Assembly: GCA_001001205.1 (NCBI GenBank)
Contig: LCKE01000001.1
Location: 8,208-72,207, forward strand
DNA: 64,000 nucleotides
DNA from: Parcubacteria group bacterium GW2011_GWF2_45_11
GTDB lineage: Bacteria; Patescibacteriota; Patescibacteriia; UBA1558; UBA10009
Direction: 5' to 3'
In this document: piece after piece, positions 21,524-31,778 of the stretch
How positions within the stretch are numbered: position 1 is the stretch's first letter
How the letters are laid out: every line of letters starts with the position of its first letter
Made by a program: the position numbers and the translations under genes
Notes under the pieces: generated by a model
Told to the model about the DNA's origin: nothing
Databases searched by the model: none
What the model saw: the letters and a program-made list of their open reading frames with translations, nothing else

Positions 21524-22891
21524 ATGAACCTAAAGGATTTTAAACATCAAACTATCCACCTGATCGGCTTATCCGGCGCTGAGGGTAGCAGTTTGGCGCT
21601 TTTTTTTATCAGGCAGGGGGTTAAAAACCTGATTGGCCATGACTTTTGCCGTCCGGGCGATTTTAGCAAAAATTATTTCAAATACCATCAATTCCAGAGC
21701 CGCGAAAAATCCCAGCAGCAAATTAAGCAAATTAAAGCGGCGTTCAAGATCAATTTTAAAAAATCGTATCTTCAAGGCCTGGGGCGGAACGATCTGATTT
21801 TCGCGCCTTCCTCGTGGTTTCGTTATGCGGAAAATAAAAAACTGGCGAAGCATCAATTTTTTAATTGGTATAACCTGGTCGGGGAGATATTTCGGGGAAA
21901 AATTATCGGGGTAACCGGCACCGCCGGCAAGGGCACCACCACGCATCTCATTACGCTGATGCTTAAAGCCGCCGGCAAAAAAGTCTATCTGGCCGGCGAT
22001 GCCTGGCAGATGATTGACCTTGGCAAAATTTCCAGCATGCCTAAAAATTCCTGGCTCGTGCTGGAGCTTTCAAACCGCACCCTGACCTTTGCCTCAAAGA
22101 CCCGTTTCAGTCCGCAGCTGGCCGTCATCACTAACATCAGTAAACACCATATTGACGATCACCATAACTCCTTTGGCGAGTATATAAAAACCAAAAAAGA
22201 AATCGCCCGCTATCAGACCAAGGTAGATTATTTTCTGTATAATTCCGCCGACGCGGAAGCCGGCAAGTTAAAACGTTACGGCCGGGCCAAACACCTGGCT
22301 TTTTCCCAAACGACAGCGAAAAAGTTATGGTTGAACAACCGTTTTCTGATCGGCCAGCATCTTAGGGCTGACGCCGCGGCCGCCATTAAAGTCGCCAAAA
22401 TTTTAAAAATACGAGATGTTCAGATAAAAAAAGCTTTGGCGACCTTCCGTCCGCGTTCAGGCCGGATGGAACCGGTAGGCGCCTTAAACGGCATTTTTTT
22501 TGTAAATGACGGTGCTTCCACCCGGCCATCAGCCAGTGCGGCCGCCATTGGCGCCTTTTCCAAAAATAAAGTGCATTTGCTGCTGGAAGGCTCCCGCAAA
22601 AAGCCGCACCGATCTTATTATCTTGACCTGCTAAAAATCATCAGGGATTGCCGGGTAAAAAACGTTTTCATCAGCGGGTCAATCACCGGTTTTCTCCTGC
22701 CTTTGCTTAAAAAAACCGGTGTGCCGGCCTTTGCCTCAAACGGCTTGGCGGAATCCGTCTGTCGGGCCTATCGGTCGGCCAAAAGCGGGGAGATTATTCT
22801 GCTTTCCCCGGCTAATGAAAGCTTTGGCCAGTTTAGTGATTATCGCGAACGCGTCGCCTTGTTTAACGCCACCGTTAAAAAATTAAAATGA
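21524..22891 (+). CDS. murD: Mur ligase, UDP-N-acetylmuramoylalanine--D-glutamate ligase-like
   Basis: IIGVTGTAGKGTTTHL P-loop of Mur ligases, in the canonical position between mraY and ftsW. Confidence 0.75.
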   Translation: MNLKDFKHQTIHLIGLSGAEGSSLALFFIRQGVKNLIGHDFCRPGDFSKNYFKYHQFQSREKSQQQIKQIKAAFKINFKKSYLQGLGRNDLIFAPSSWFRYAENKKLAKHQFFNWYNLVGEIFRGKIIGVTGTAGKGTTTHLITLMLKAAGKKVYLAGDAWQMIDLGKISSMPKNSWLVLELSNRTLTFASKTRFSPQLAVITNISKHHIDDHHNSFGEYIKTKKEIARYQTKVDYFLYNSADAEAGKLKRYGRAKHLAFSQTTAKKLWLNNRFLIGQHLRADAAAAIKVAKILKIRDVQIKKALATFRPRSGRMEPVGALNGIFFVNDGASTRPSASAAAIGAFSKNKVHLLLEGSRKKPHRSYYLDLLKIIRDCRVKNVFISGSITGFLLPLLKKTGVPAFASNGLAESVCRAYRSAKSGEIILLSPANESFGQFSDYRERVALFNATVKKLK

Positions 22892-24051
22892 AACATGACA
22901 GCTGGAAGCAAAAAATCCAAAAACTGCTGTATTATCCCTTTGTCCATCTTAGGTATCAGCACCGTCCAGATTTTATTTTTATCATCGCGCTAGGCATCAT
23001 CTGTTTTTTGGGCCTGCTGATGCTGTCTTCGGCCAGTTCGGTCCAGGCTTTCCAAAAATTCGGGGACAGCTATTATTTTTTAAAACATCAGCTGGTCAGA
23101 GGCTTTATTCTCGGCTTGATTTTCTTTTTTATTTTTTCACGGATTGATTATCACCAATGGAAAAAGTGGGCCTTTTGGATGTTGCTTGGTACCATGGTCT
23201 TGCTCATCCTGGTTTTTATTCCCGGCATTGGCGAAGACTACGGTAAGGCTCATAGCTGGATTGTTTTAGGCACTATAAGTTTCCAGCCGACGGAAATCGT
23301 TAAACTAACATTTTTGGTCTATCTAGTCACCTGGCTCTCTAAAAAAACCGAGCAGGAAATAGGGGATTTTGAATACAGCTTTTTGCCCTTTCTGTTTATG
23401 ATGGGCGTGATTGTTTTCTTAATTTTAGCCCAGCCGGATCTTGGCACGCTCATAGTTATCATCGCCATTGCTTTCTTGGTTTATTTTGCGGCCGGCGCGC
23501 CCTGGAATCATATTTTAGGTCTGATCGCCGGCGGGTTGATTATTCTTTTTATTGCCGTGCAGGTAGCGCCTTACCGCTTGGAGCGCTTGACCGCCTTTTT
23601 TAACCCGGGTATTGATCCTCAAGGTACCAGCTATCACATTACCCAAGCCAAGATCGCCATCGGTTCCGGCGGCATTTTGGGCCTGGGTATCGGCAAGTCC
23701 AGGCAAAAATTCAATTACTTGCCCGAAGTTGCCGGTGATTCTATTTTTGCCGTCATTGCCGAAGAAATGGGTTTTATCTTCGCAGTTTTATTACTGGCGC
23801 TTTTTGTGACTCTGCTGATACGCGGCCTTAAAATCGCCAAAAACGCACCCGACAGTTTTGGCCGGCTGCTGGGGGTGGGCATTATCAGCTGGTTTTCTTT
23901 TCAGGCTTTTATTAATATTGCCGCCATGGTCAATATTGTGCCTTTAACGGGGATTCCTTTGCCCTTTATCAGCTACGGCGGCACCGCCATGACTGTTTCT
24001 TTGCTGACTGCCGGCATTTTGGTAAATATTTCCAAACAAACCAAGCTTTAA
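22888..24051 (+). CDS. ftsW: SEDS-family peptidoglycan glycosyltransferase FtsW/RodA
   Basis: 387 aa with ten TM segments and SEDS motifs (GSGGILGLGIGKSRQK, ISYGGTAM). Confidence 0.85.
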   Translation: MKHDSWKQKIQKLLYYPFVHLRYQHRPDFIFIIALGIICFLGLLMLSSASSVQAFQKFGDSYYFLKHQLVRGFILGLIFFFIFSRIDYHQWKKWAFWMLLGTMVLLILVFIPGIGEDYGKAHSWIVLGTISFQPTEIVKLTFLVYLVTWLSKKTEQEIGDFEYSFLPFLFMMGVIVFLILAQPDLGTLIVIIAIAFLVYFAAGAPWNHILGLIAGGLIILFIAVQVAPYRLERLTAFFNPGIDPQGTSYHITQAKIAIGSGGILGLGIGKSRQKFNYLPEVAGDSIFAVIAEEMGFIFAVLLLALFVTLLIRGLKIAKNAPDSFGRLLGVGIISWFSFQAFINIAAMVNIVPLTGIPLPFISYGGTAMTVSLLTAGILVNISKQTKL

Positions 24052-24134
24052 TTTTCAGAAATACTGAAAAAATCGGCCGAAGCCTTAATAAATCCGGCTT
24101 GATTTTTGCCCTCTTTTGGGCTACGCTTTAAAAT

Positions 24135-25169
24135 ATGAAATTAATTCTAACCGGCGGCGGCACCTTAGGCTCTGTCAGCCCTTTAATCGGCGTCTGGCAG
24201 GAACTTAAGCGCCAGACTGAGGTGGAAACGCTGTTTGTCGGCGGCAAAAAAGGGCCTGAGGCCGGCTTAATCAAAAGTTACGGCTTTAGTTTTAAAACGA
24301 TTAGCGCCGGCAAATTACGGCGCTATTTTAGCTTGAAAAATTTTTCTGATATCTGCCTGTTTGTTTTAGGTTTTTTTCAGTCGGTTAAAATTCTTAAAGA
24401 GTTCAGGCCGGAGATAATTATTTCCGCCGGCAGTTACGTGGCCGTGCCTTTAATCTGGGCCAGTTGTTTTTTTAAAACGAAAGTTGTAATTTACCAGCCG
24501 GACTTAAAAGTCGGCCTAGCCAACCGCCTGAGTAAAAAGCTGGCCGCCTGGATCTTTGTTTCTTTCCCGGAAACGGCCAAGCATTTTCCCCCAAAAAAAA
24601 CCGCCGTTGTCGGAACCGTCTTAAGGCAGGAAATCGGCCAGCCGTTTGTTCAGCCCGCAAATAAGCGCCCGTTGCTTTTATTTTTAGGCGGCGGCACGGG
24701 TTCCGCCACCATCAACCGCCTGGCCGCCCAAGCTTTGCCCGGTCTTAAGGATTATGATATCTTTCATCTTACCGGCCAGAACAAAAACCAGCCGGCCGGG
24801 GGCATAAACTACGGCTCGGCGGAATTTTTAGCGTCCGGGTATGAGCAAAAACTTTTACAAGCCGACCTGGTTATCAGCCGCGCCGGCTTTTCAACCTTAA
24901 TGGAGCTGTCGTTTCTGGCCAAGCCGGCCGTTTTGATTCCATTGCCCAATTCGCCTCAGGAACAAAACGCCGAATATTTTTGCCGTCGGCAGGCTGCAGT
25001 TTGCCTGGAACAAAAAAGCCTGACCGTTGCCAAGCTTATTGAAACGATCGGCTCGGCACTTGAACAAAGCCGGTCTTTGAGCAAAAACATCCATAAAATT
25101 TTTTCGCATGACGGCGCGCATTTAATCAGTCAAAAAATATTAACACTCAATAATCATGAATCTAAATAA
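24135..25169 (+). CDS. murG: undecaprenyldiphospho-muramoylpentapeptide beta-N-acetylglucosaminyltransferase
   Basis: MKLILTGGGTLGSVSPLIGV start and a GT28 C-terminal domain. Confidence 0.85.
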   Translation: MKLILTGGGTLGSVSPLIGVWQELKRQTEVETLFVGGKKGPEAGLIKSYGFSFKTISAGKLRRYFSLKNFSDICLFVLGFFQSVKILKEFRPEIIISAGSYVAVPLIWASCFFKTKVVIYQPDLKVGLANRLSKKLAAWIFVSFPETAKHFPPKKTAVVGTVLRQEIGQPFVQPANKRPLLLFLGGGTGSATINRLAAQALPGLKDYDIFHLTGQNKNQPAGGINYGSAEFLASGYEQKLLQADLVISRAGFSTLMELSFLAKPAVLIPLPNSPQEQNAEYFCRRQAAVCLEQKSLTVAKLIETIGSALEQSRSLSKNIHKIFSHDGAHLISQKILTLNNHESK

Positions 25170-26523
25170 TCTCAAAAAAATTCACCTAATCGGCTGTGGC
25201 GGTAGCGGCGTTTCGGCCGTGGCCAGAATGATGCTTAAACTGGGCAGGCAAGTCAGCGGTTCCGATCTTTTTCGCTCAGACATCACCGATAGCCTCCAAG
25301 CCCTAGGCGCCGATATTGTGATCGGCCACGACGTCAATAAACTGTCGCCCAAGACAGACTTGGTTATTTATTCCGCCGCCGTGCCGCCAGACGATCAGGA
25401 ACTGAGCCAGGCCAAAAAACTTGACCTGGAAATATTAAGCTACGCTGAATTTTTAGGACTGTTGTCCACCGGTAAAAAAACCATCGCGGTTTGCGGCACT
25501 AACGGCAAAACCACCACTTCGGCCATGTGCGGAAAAATTTTAGCCGAGCTTGGACTAGATCCCACGGTCATCATCGGCTCGGAGCTTAAAAATTTTCAGG
25601 GCAATTACCGCGCCGGACAATCTAAATATTTTGTTTTAGAAGCCGACGAATACAAGGCCAATATGCTTAAAATCAAGCCCTGGTCCATCCTCTTGACCAG
25701 CATTGAAGAAGATCATCTTGATTTTTACCAAAACTTAAGCGACATTATCAGGCATTTTCAGCTATTTGTTGACCAGCTACCCGCGGACGGCTGGATGTTT
25801 TACAATGCCGATGACCGCAATATCATCAAGTTAAAACTGCCGGCCAGGGCGTTAAGTTGTAGCCTGCGCCGTCCGGCTGATTATTGGCTGAAATGCTTCC
25901 AAAAAAATCCCGGCTGTTACCGCTTTACAGCCATGCATCTTTCGGAAAACCTGGGGCAGTTTACCGTAACCATTCCGGGCGAGTATAACGTTTTAAACGC
26001 CCTGCTGGTTATCGCTTTATGCCATAAACTAAAACTTGATTTGAACAAGGCGAGGCGGGCGGTGGAAAATTTCGGGGGACTGAGACGGCGTTTTGAGGTG
26101 CTAGGGCCGATGAAACAGGCGCAAGACGTTTTAGTCGCCTCCGATTACACCCATCATCCCTCGGCCATCGCTAAAACCTTGCAAGCCGCCAAGGATTTTT
26201 ATCCGAACCGCCGTTTATTCCTTGTTTATCAGCCTCATCAGCACGACCGCACCAAAAAATTGTTTGAACAGTTTTTAACTTGTTTTGTCAAAGCGGACCT
26301 TACCATTCTTCAGGAAATTTATGACGTACCCGGCCGCCAATACGCCGAAGACAAAACCGTCTCGTCAAAAAATCTGGTTGAGGCGATCAATCAGCCAAAC
26401 ATGATTTATTCGCCGGATGCTGTTGCGAGCAAAAAATTAATTTTAAATCACCTAAAGCCCCAAGACCTGCTTCTAATTATGGGCGCGGGGGATATTGACC
26501 GGCTGGCGCGTGAGCTGGTTTAA
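25156..26523 (+). CDS. murC: UDP-N-acetylmuramate--L-alanine ligase
   Basis: IHLIGCGGSGVSAVA and GTNGKTTTSAM motifs. Confidence 0.9.
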   Translation: MNLNNLKKIHLIGCGGSGVSAVARMMLKLGRQVSGSDLFRSDITDSLQALGADIVIGHDVNKLSPKTDLVIYSAAVPPDDQELSQAKKLDLEILSYAEFLGLLSTGKKTIAVCGTNGKTTTSAMCGKILAELGLDPTVIIGSELKNFQGNYRAGQSKYFVLEADEYKANMLKIKPWSILLTSIEEDHLDFYQNLSDIIRHFQLFVDQLPADGWMFYNADDRNIIKLKLPARALSCSLRRPADYWLKCFQKNPGCYRFTAMHLSENLGQFTVTIPGEYNVLNALLVIALCHKLKLDLNKARRAVENFGGLRRRFEVLGPMKQAQDVLVASDYTHHPSAIAKTLQAAKDFYPNRRLFLVYQPHQHDRTKKLFEQFLTCFVKADLTILQEIYDVPGRQYAEDKTVSSKNLVEAINQPNMIYSPDAVASKKLILNHLKPQDLLLIMGAGDIDRLARELV

Positions 26524-26558
26524 ATAAAATTGGGCCTAAGCTACCTAAAAATTTTTAC

Positions 26559-27539
26559 ATGGATCGTGCCTACAAACAACTGAAAAAAATCAGCGGACTG
26601 AGCGTTAGCCAAAACGAACCGCTGAAAGACCACACCACTTTTCAAATCGGCGGGCCGGCGTCCCTTTATCTTGAAGTGCGTGAGCCTCAGGCCTTACCCG
26701 AGGTGCTTAAAATTTTAAGGACGGAAAAAATCAATTACCTCATACTCGGGGGCGGTAGCAACCTCTTAGTCAGCGATCAGGGTTTTAAAGGCGCGGTCAT
26801 AAAAAAATTTCCCCGGCCCTTAAGCATCAGTGGAACCGCCGTGACCGTTGATGCCAGCTACAGCCTGGCCGGCTTGATTATGGCAACGTTGGACAGTCGC
26901 CTGACCGGCCTGGAGTTCGCCGCCGGCGTACCGGGCACGGTCGGCGGAGCCATCAAGGGCAATGCCGGCACTTACGGTGAGGCCATGGATAAAGTGGTCA
27001 AAACAGTCAGTTACATCAACAGCGATTTGCAGCCGGCCATTTTGGAAAATTCCGGCTGTTGCTTTGCCTACCGCCACAGCATTTTTAAAGAGCACGACAA
27101 CTGGCTGATCACGGACAGCGTGATCAAGCTGGAACAGGGAAATATAGAGGCCAGCCGGCGCCTGATTGAAGAACGAATCGGCTACCGTATGCGCACCCAG
27201 CCTTATGGCAAACCTTCGGCCGGCTGCACCTTTAAAAATATTATTTATACCGAAAGCCTGGCCGCCAAATTAAAAAACCTGGGCTGGGAACTGCCGGAAA
27301 AATTCAAAAAGTATAAAAAAATACCAGCCGCCTGGCTGATAGAAAACTTAGATCTTAAGGGCCGGGCCATCGGCCAGGCCAAAATCGCCGACGAACACGC
27401 CAATTACATCATTAATCTGGGCGGGGCCACCGCCGATCAGGTGGTTCAGCTGATTAGCCTGATTAAAATGAAAGTCCGCGATGAACTGGGTATCCAGTTG
27501 GAAGAGGAAATCCGCTACCTCGGCTTTGAACCTTCTTAA
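26559..27539 (+). CDS. murB: UDP-N-acetylenolpyruvoylglucosamine reductase
   Basis: FAD-binding FQIGGPASLY, LILGGGSNLL, and a MurB C-terminal domain. Confidence 0.85.
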   Translation: MDRAYKQLKKISGLSVSQNEPLKDHTTFQIGGPASLYLEVREPQALPEVLKILRTEKINYLILGGGSNLLVSDQGFKGAVIKKFPRPLSISGTAVTVDASYSLAGLIMATLDSRLTGLEFAAGVPGTVGGAIKGNAGTYGEAMDKVVKTVSYINSDLQPAILENSGCCFAYRHSIFKEHDNWLITDSVIKLEQGNIEASRRLIEERIGYRMRTQPYGKPSAGCTFKNIIYTESLAAKLKNLGWELPEKFKKYKKIPAAWLIENLDLKGRAIGQAKIADEHANYIINLGGATADQVVQLISLIKMKVRDELGIQLEEEIRYLGFEPS

Positions 27540-27557
27540 AATTCAGTCTTGGCCTCG

Positions 27558-28550
27558 TCAAATATCCTCAAATAAAGGGGAAGTTGAACCGCCGGTGACT
27601 AAAAGCTCTACCACTTCGGCCACGTTTTTAGAAACATCCACCACTTTAAAACCCGGCAAATCCAGATATTTTTGCTCAATCAGATTTGAATTGGTGGTGA
27701 TAAACTCTGTTAATGTGCCTTGGGTGAGCATATCTGCCAGCGCGGTATAAGCGTTGCTGGTCGGATCAAAATGAGCGGCAAAAGCGTAGATTTTTTCAGC
27801 GCCGCGATTTTTTAAGGCTTCGGCCGATTTTTTTAAAGTCGCCAGACTTAAGGCCATATCGTCAAACAGACCTATTTTTTTGCCGATCACTTCGCCTTCC
27901 AGCCGATGACGGCTGATTTGGCTGTCGGTTGAATTATGATTGTGATCCTTAAAAGCGACAATGATCGGCAGGCGCTTGTTAAAAAAACTCTCCACTTTAA
28001 ACGCCCTCCTGGTTGAGCTGTAATCGGTGGCGGCAATCTGATCAATGCCTATTTTTTTGGCTTCTTCAATCAAGAGGCGTAAAAAATAAAAACGGCGGCG
28101 GCGCCTGGGATAAAAAAGTTCCAAATGGCTGGATTGGTGCGGATCAAAAATATTGACTGATTTAGGGCGCATCTGGGCGATGCGGCGGCTGATCCAGGCG
28201 GCTGTAGATACCTGGCCGGCGGAATGGGCGACATCGTCTTTGCCGCAAAGCCAGGTGACAATAATGTGAATTTCCGAAGCTGAGCCGCAGGCGTCAAACA
28301 TCAGTTCCAATTCTTCAACCGGCGAACCGATTTGCCGGTATTGCAGGCTGGTGATGATGACCACTTTTTTGTGGGCAAAATTTACATCCTCGGGCCGCTT
28401 GCAATGGGGGTAGCCGTTGCCCCAGTTATCCGTTTCCAAAATCACCGGTTCCACGCCCAGATGGGCGGCGACTTTTTTTACCAGCGGCTGGTTGTAACTG
28501 CCGGTAACCACGGCAAAATCGCCGGGATTGAGCGCATGCTCATTGATCAT
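27558..28550 (-). CDS. divergent ribose-phosphate pyrophosphokinase-like (PRPP synthetase/phosphoribosyltransferase family) protein
   Basis: N-terminus FAVVTGSYNQPLVKKVAAHLGV resembles the Prs N-terminus. PRPP-binding loop IGLFDDMALSLATL matches VLVDDMIDTGGT. C-terminus GAEKIYAFAAH. Confidence 0.5.
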   Translation of the reverse strand: MINEHALNPGDFAVVTGSYNQPLVKKVAAHLGVEPVILETDNWGNGYPHCKRPEDVNFAHKKVVIITSLQYRQIGSPVEELELMFDACGSASEIHIIVTWLCGKDDVAHSAGQVSTAAWISRRIAQMRPKSVNIFDPHQSSHLELFYPRRRRRFYFLRLLIEEAKKIGIDQIAATDYSSTRRAFKVESFFNKRLPIIVAFKDHNHNSTDSQISRHRLEGEVIGKKIGLFDDMALSLATLKKSAEALKNRGAEKIYAFAAHFDPTSNAYTALADMLTQGTLTEFITTNSNLIEQKYLDLPGFKVVDVSKNVAEVVELLVTGGSTSPLFEDI

Positions 28551-28595
28551 ATAGATTATTTTTTAATGACTTGCCTATACTCTAGCAAAATTTGT

Positions 28596-28662
28596 GAAAA
28601 AATTCAAAGCCAAAAATTCAAAGCAAAAATTCAAAGCCAAAAATTCAAAGCCAATTCAAAGC
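28596..28662. repeat. tandem repeat, about 4.8 copies of AAAAATTCAAAGC(C)
   Basis: Read directly from the sequence between the divergent prs-like and secA genes. It accounts for the spurious MKKFKAKNSK N-terminal extension in the ORF track. Confidence 0.85.
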
Positions 28663-28663
28663 C

Positions 28664-28692
28664 ATTGCCAAACACCGCAAACTCTGGTATTA
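28664..28692 (+). promoter_or_regulatory. putative secA promoter: TTGCCA-17 bp-TGgTATTAT (extended -10)
   Basis: TTGCCA at 28664-28669, TATTAT at 28687-28692, with TG at -15/-14. The tandem A-tract repeats lie immediately upstream, in UP-element position. Confidence 0.45.
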
Positions 28693-28716
28693 TGGACAGG
28701 CAAAAACCGCAAAAAT

Positions 28717-31524
28717 ATGAATCTTTTGAACAAAATTTTCGGCGACGGCAACGAAAAATATTTAAAAAGCCTGCAGCCGCCAATTGAAAAAATTAACACT
28801 CTGGAAAAATCATACGCTGATTTATCTCAGGCGGATTTAAAAGCCAAGGCTAAAGACTTAAAGCGTGTTGTCGCCGGTGGAAAAGCCTTGGACGATATTT
28901 TACCCGAAGCTTTCGCCCTGGTCAGGGAAGCGGCCAAGCGTACCCTTAACCAAAAGCATTACGATGTCCAGCTGATTGGCGGCTTGGTTTTGCATCAGGG
29001 CGGCATTGCGGAGATGAAAACCGGGGAAGGCAAAACGTTGGTGGCCACCCTGCCGGCGTTTCTTAACGCCCTCGCCGGCAAAGGCGTTCATGTTATTACC
29101 GTTAACGATTATCTGTCACGGCGCGACATGGTCTGGATGGGTCAAATTTACAACTATTTAGGCCTGTCCGTCAGCTGTCTGCAACACGACAGCGCTTTTT
29201 TGTATGACGAAACATTCGCCGCCGATCAAAAAAGCGAAGAAGAGCGCGATCGCGGCGTGGTGGTGCCGGAAAAATTTTTAAAGCCGGCTAGCCGTAAGGA
29301 GGCTTATTTGGCCGATATTACTTACGGCACCAACAACGAATTCGGTTTTGATTACTTAAGGGACAATATGGTCCAGCAGGCCTCCGGCATGGTCCAACGC
29401 GGGCTTAATTACGCCATTATTGACGAAGTTGATTCCATTTTAATAGACGAAGCCCGCACCCCTCTGATTATTTCGGCGCCGGCCGAAGAGTCAACGGATA
29501 AGTACTATCAGTTTGCCAAGCTGGTCAGGATTTTAAATGAAACCGCAGATTACAATATTGACGAAAAGTTGCGGGCCTGTAGCTTAACCGAAGAGGGAAT
29601 TACCAAAATAGAAAAATCTTTGGGCGTGGAAAACATTTACGAATCCCACGGCTTAAGCATTGTCCATCATCTGGAAGAAGCCCTGAAAGCGGAAACTATT
29701 TTTAAGCGCGACCGCGATTACGTGGTCAAGGACGGCGAGGTCATTATCGTGGACGAATTCACCGGCCGCTTAATGTTCGGCCGGCGCTATTCCGGCGGCC
29801 TGCATCAGGCAATTGAAGCCAAAGAAGGGGTTAAAATCCAGCGCGAAAGCGTGACCATGGCCACGATTACTTTTCAAAACTATTTTAGAATGTACCCCAA
29901 GCTGGCAGGCATGACCGGCACGGCCGCCACTGAAGCGGAAGAGTTCGCTAAAATTTACAATCTGGACGTCACGGTCATCCCCACCAACAAGCCGATGATC
30001 AGAAAGGATTCAAACGATCGCATTTATAAAAACGAGGCGGGCAAATTTACCGCCGCGGTCAAGGAAATTAAAGAGCGGAACCAAAAAGGCCAGCCGGTTT
30101 TAATCGGCACCATTTCCATAGAAAAAAACGAGCTGCTTTCTCAATTTCTGAGCCGCGAGGGCATCAGGCATGAACTGTTGAACGCCAAAAACCATGCCCG
30201 TGAAGCGGAAATTTTGGCCCAAGCCGGGCGCCCGGGCGCCGTTACTCTGGCCACCAACATGGCCGGGCGCGGCGTGGACATAATTTTAGGCGGCAATCCG
30301 GTTAATCAGGCCGAGCAACAAAAAGTGATCGCGGCCGGAGGTTTGCACGTTATCGGCACCGAACGCCACGAATCCAGAAGAATAGATAACCAGTTAAGGG
30401 GGCGTTCCGGCCGGCAGGGGGATCCCGGCTCCAGCCAATTTTTTGTCTGCTTAGACGATGATCTCATGAGAATTTTTGGCTCCGACCGAATGAAAAGCCT
30501 GATGAACACCCTCAAAGTTCCGGAAGACCTGCCCATTGAAAACCGGCTGATTTCCAAATCCATTGAGTCAGCGCAAAAGCGAGTGGAAGGCAACAACTTT
30601 GACATCAGAAAACACCTGGTGGAATATGATGACGTTTTAAACAAGCAAAGAACCGCCATTTACAGGAAACGGCGACTGATTCTTGATCTGGCGGAGGGTC
30701 AACATAAACTAAACGCCAACCAGCAACCAGCTGTGCCAAAAAATGTTCTGGAGGCAGACGCTAAAACAGAACAGAACGAGCCGGCCAAATACCGCGACAC
30801 CCGCGAAATTGTCTTAGATTATGTCAACCGCGAAATTGAACAGATTGTTGACGTTCACTTAGCCGAAAACAGCGAAAGTCCTGAAAAAATTTTTGAAAGC
30901 CTGGAGACGATTTGCCCATTCAATCAGCCGGAAAAAGATTTAATCGGCAAAAGCCTGGCTAAAAATCCGGCGGCGGTTGTCAATCAAATACAGGATTTAG
31001 CCAAAGAAAAATATGTACAAATGGAAGAGTCCATTAGCCATCTGCCCCAGCTGGTGAAGCAAAAAGAACCATTAAGGCAACTGGAAAAATATCTTTTACT
31101 CAGAACAATAGATTCCTTATGGATTGAGCATCTGGAAGCGATTGAGCATTTAAGAACTGGCATCGGCTTAAGGGGCTATGGCCAGCGCGAGCCTTTGATT
31201 GAATATAAAAAAGAATCGTTTCTTTTGTTTCAGCAGCTCTTAAGCCTGATTCAGGAACAGGTGGCACGCTCCATTTTTAAGATGGGTTTGGCGGCCACCG
31301 TGCCGCTGGCTAACCAGCCGCGGGGAATTCAACAGATAAAATCCAGCCTCAGCCAATTTAACCGTCCGGCCGAAAAAAATCAGGCAGACAACTCGGCTCA
31401 AGGGGTCAGCGGCAAAATTAAAGATGTCAGCGGCCATAAAATCGGGCGCAACGATCCCTGCCCGTGCGGCGCGACCAAGGCGGACGGAAGCCCGGTTAAA
31501 TACAAGCATTGCCACGGCCAGTAA
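28717..31524 (+). CDS. secA: preprotein translocase ATPase SecA
   Basis: Canonical start MNLLNKIFGDGNEKYL. Walker A MKTGEGKT, DEVDSILIDEARTPLIIS, and a C-terminal zinc finger CPCGA...KHCHG. Confidence 0.95.
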   Translation: MNLLNKIFGDGNEKYLKSLQPPIEKINTLEKSYADLSQADLKAKAKDLKRVVAGGKALDDILPEAFALVREAAKRTLNQKHYDVQLIGGLVLHQGGIAEMKTGEGKTLVATLPAFLNALAGKGVHVITVNDYLSRRDMVWMGQIYNYLGLSVSCLQHDSAFLYDETFAADQKSEEERDRGVVVPEKFLKPASRKEAYLADITYGTNNEFGFDYLRDNMVQQASGMVQRGLNYAIIDEVDSILIDEARTPLIISAPAEESTDKYYQFAKLVRILNETADYNIDEKLRACSLTEEGITKIEKSLGVENIYESHGLSIVHHLEEALKAETIFKRDRDYVVKDGEVIIVDEFTGRLMFGRRYSGGLHQAIEAKEGVKIQRESVTMATITFQNYFRMYPKLAGMTGTAATEAEEFAKIYNLDVTVIPTNKPMIRKDSNDRIYKNEAGKFTAAVKEIKERNQKGQPVLIGTISIEKNELLSQFLSREGIRHELLNAKNHAREAEILAQAGRPGAVTLATNMAGRGVDIILGGNPVNQAEQQKVIAAGGLHVIGTERHESRRIDNQLRGRSGRQGDPGSSQFFVCLDDDLMRIFGSDRMKSLMNTLKVPEDLPIENRLISKSIESAQKRVEGNNFDIRKHLVEYDDVLNKQRTAIYRKRRLILDLAEGQHKLNANQQPAVPKNVLEADAKTEQNEPAKYRDTREIVLDYVNREIEQIVDVHLAENSESPEKIFESLETICPFNQPEKDLIGKSLAKNPAAVVNQIQDLAKEKYVQMEESISHLPQLVKQKEPLRQLEKYLLLRTIDSLWIEHLEAIEHLRTGIGLRGYGQREPLIEYKKESFLLFQQLLSLIQEQVARSIFKMGLAATVPLANQPRGIQQIKSSLSQFNRPAEKNQADNSAQGVSGKIKDVSGHKIGRNDPCPCGATKADGSPVKYKHCHGQ

Positions 31525-31546
31525 TTTTTTATCGTCTTTTAGACTT

Positions 31547-31768
31547 ATGGACAATAATCGCTTAAAACTTGGCCGATACCGGCATTACAAAGGCCAAGAC
31601 TACAAAGTCATCGGCCTGGCCAGGCACAGCGAAACTCTGGAACAATTGGTGATTTACCAGGCGCTGTACGCCGATCAAGGCTTATGGGTCAGGCCGCTTA
31701 AAATGTTCAAGGAAAAAGTGGAAGTTGACGGTAAAAAAATTCCCCGCTTCAACTACCTGGGCAACTAA
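31547..31768 (+). CDS. DUF1653-like small protein
   Basis: YRHYKGQDYKVIGLARHSETLEQLVIYQALY matches the DUF1653 core. 73 aa. Confidence 0.5.
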   Translation: MDNNRLKLGRYRHYKGQDYKVIGLARHSETLEQLVIYQALYADQGLWVRPLKMFKEKVEVDGKKIPRFNYLGN

Positions 31769-31778
31769 ATCGGACATT

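Noticed and set aside
28596-28662. CRISPR array (also considered for 60001-60098)
   Set aside because: Repeat units are 11-14 bp with no intervening unique spacers and no cas genes nearby. These are simple tandem repeats.
28594-28716. N-terminal extension of the secA ORF (MKKFKAKNSKQKFKAKNSK...) in the ORF track
   Set aside because: It is the in-frame translation of the 13/14-bp tandem DNA repeat and promoter region. The canonical SecA start MNLLNKIFG is at 28717, just after a recognisable extended -10 promoter.
31424-31546. Upstream part of the 114-aa ORF overlapping the secA 3' end
   Set aside because: The conserved DUF1653 core begins at the Met at 31547. The upstream extension overlaps secA in another frame.
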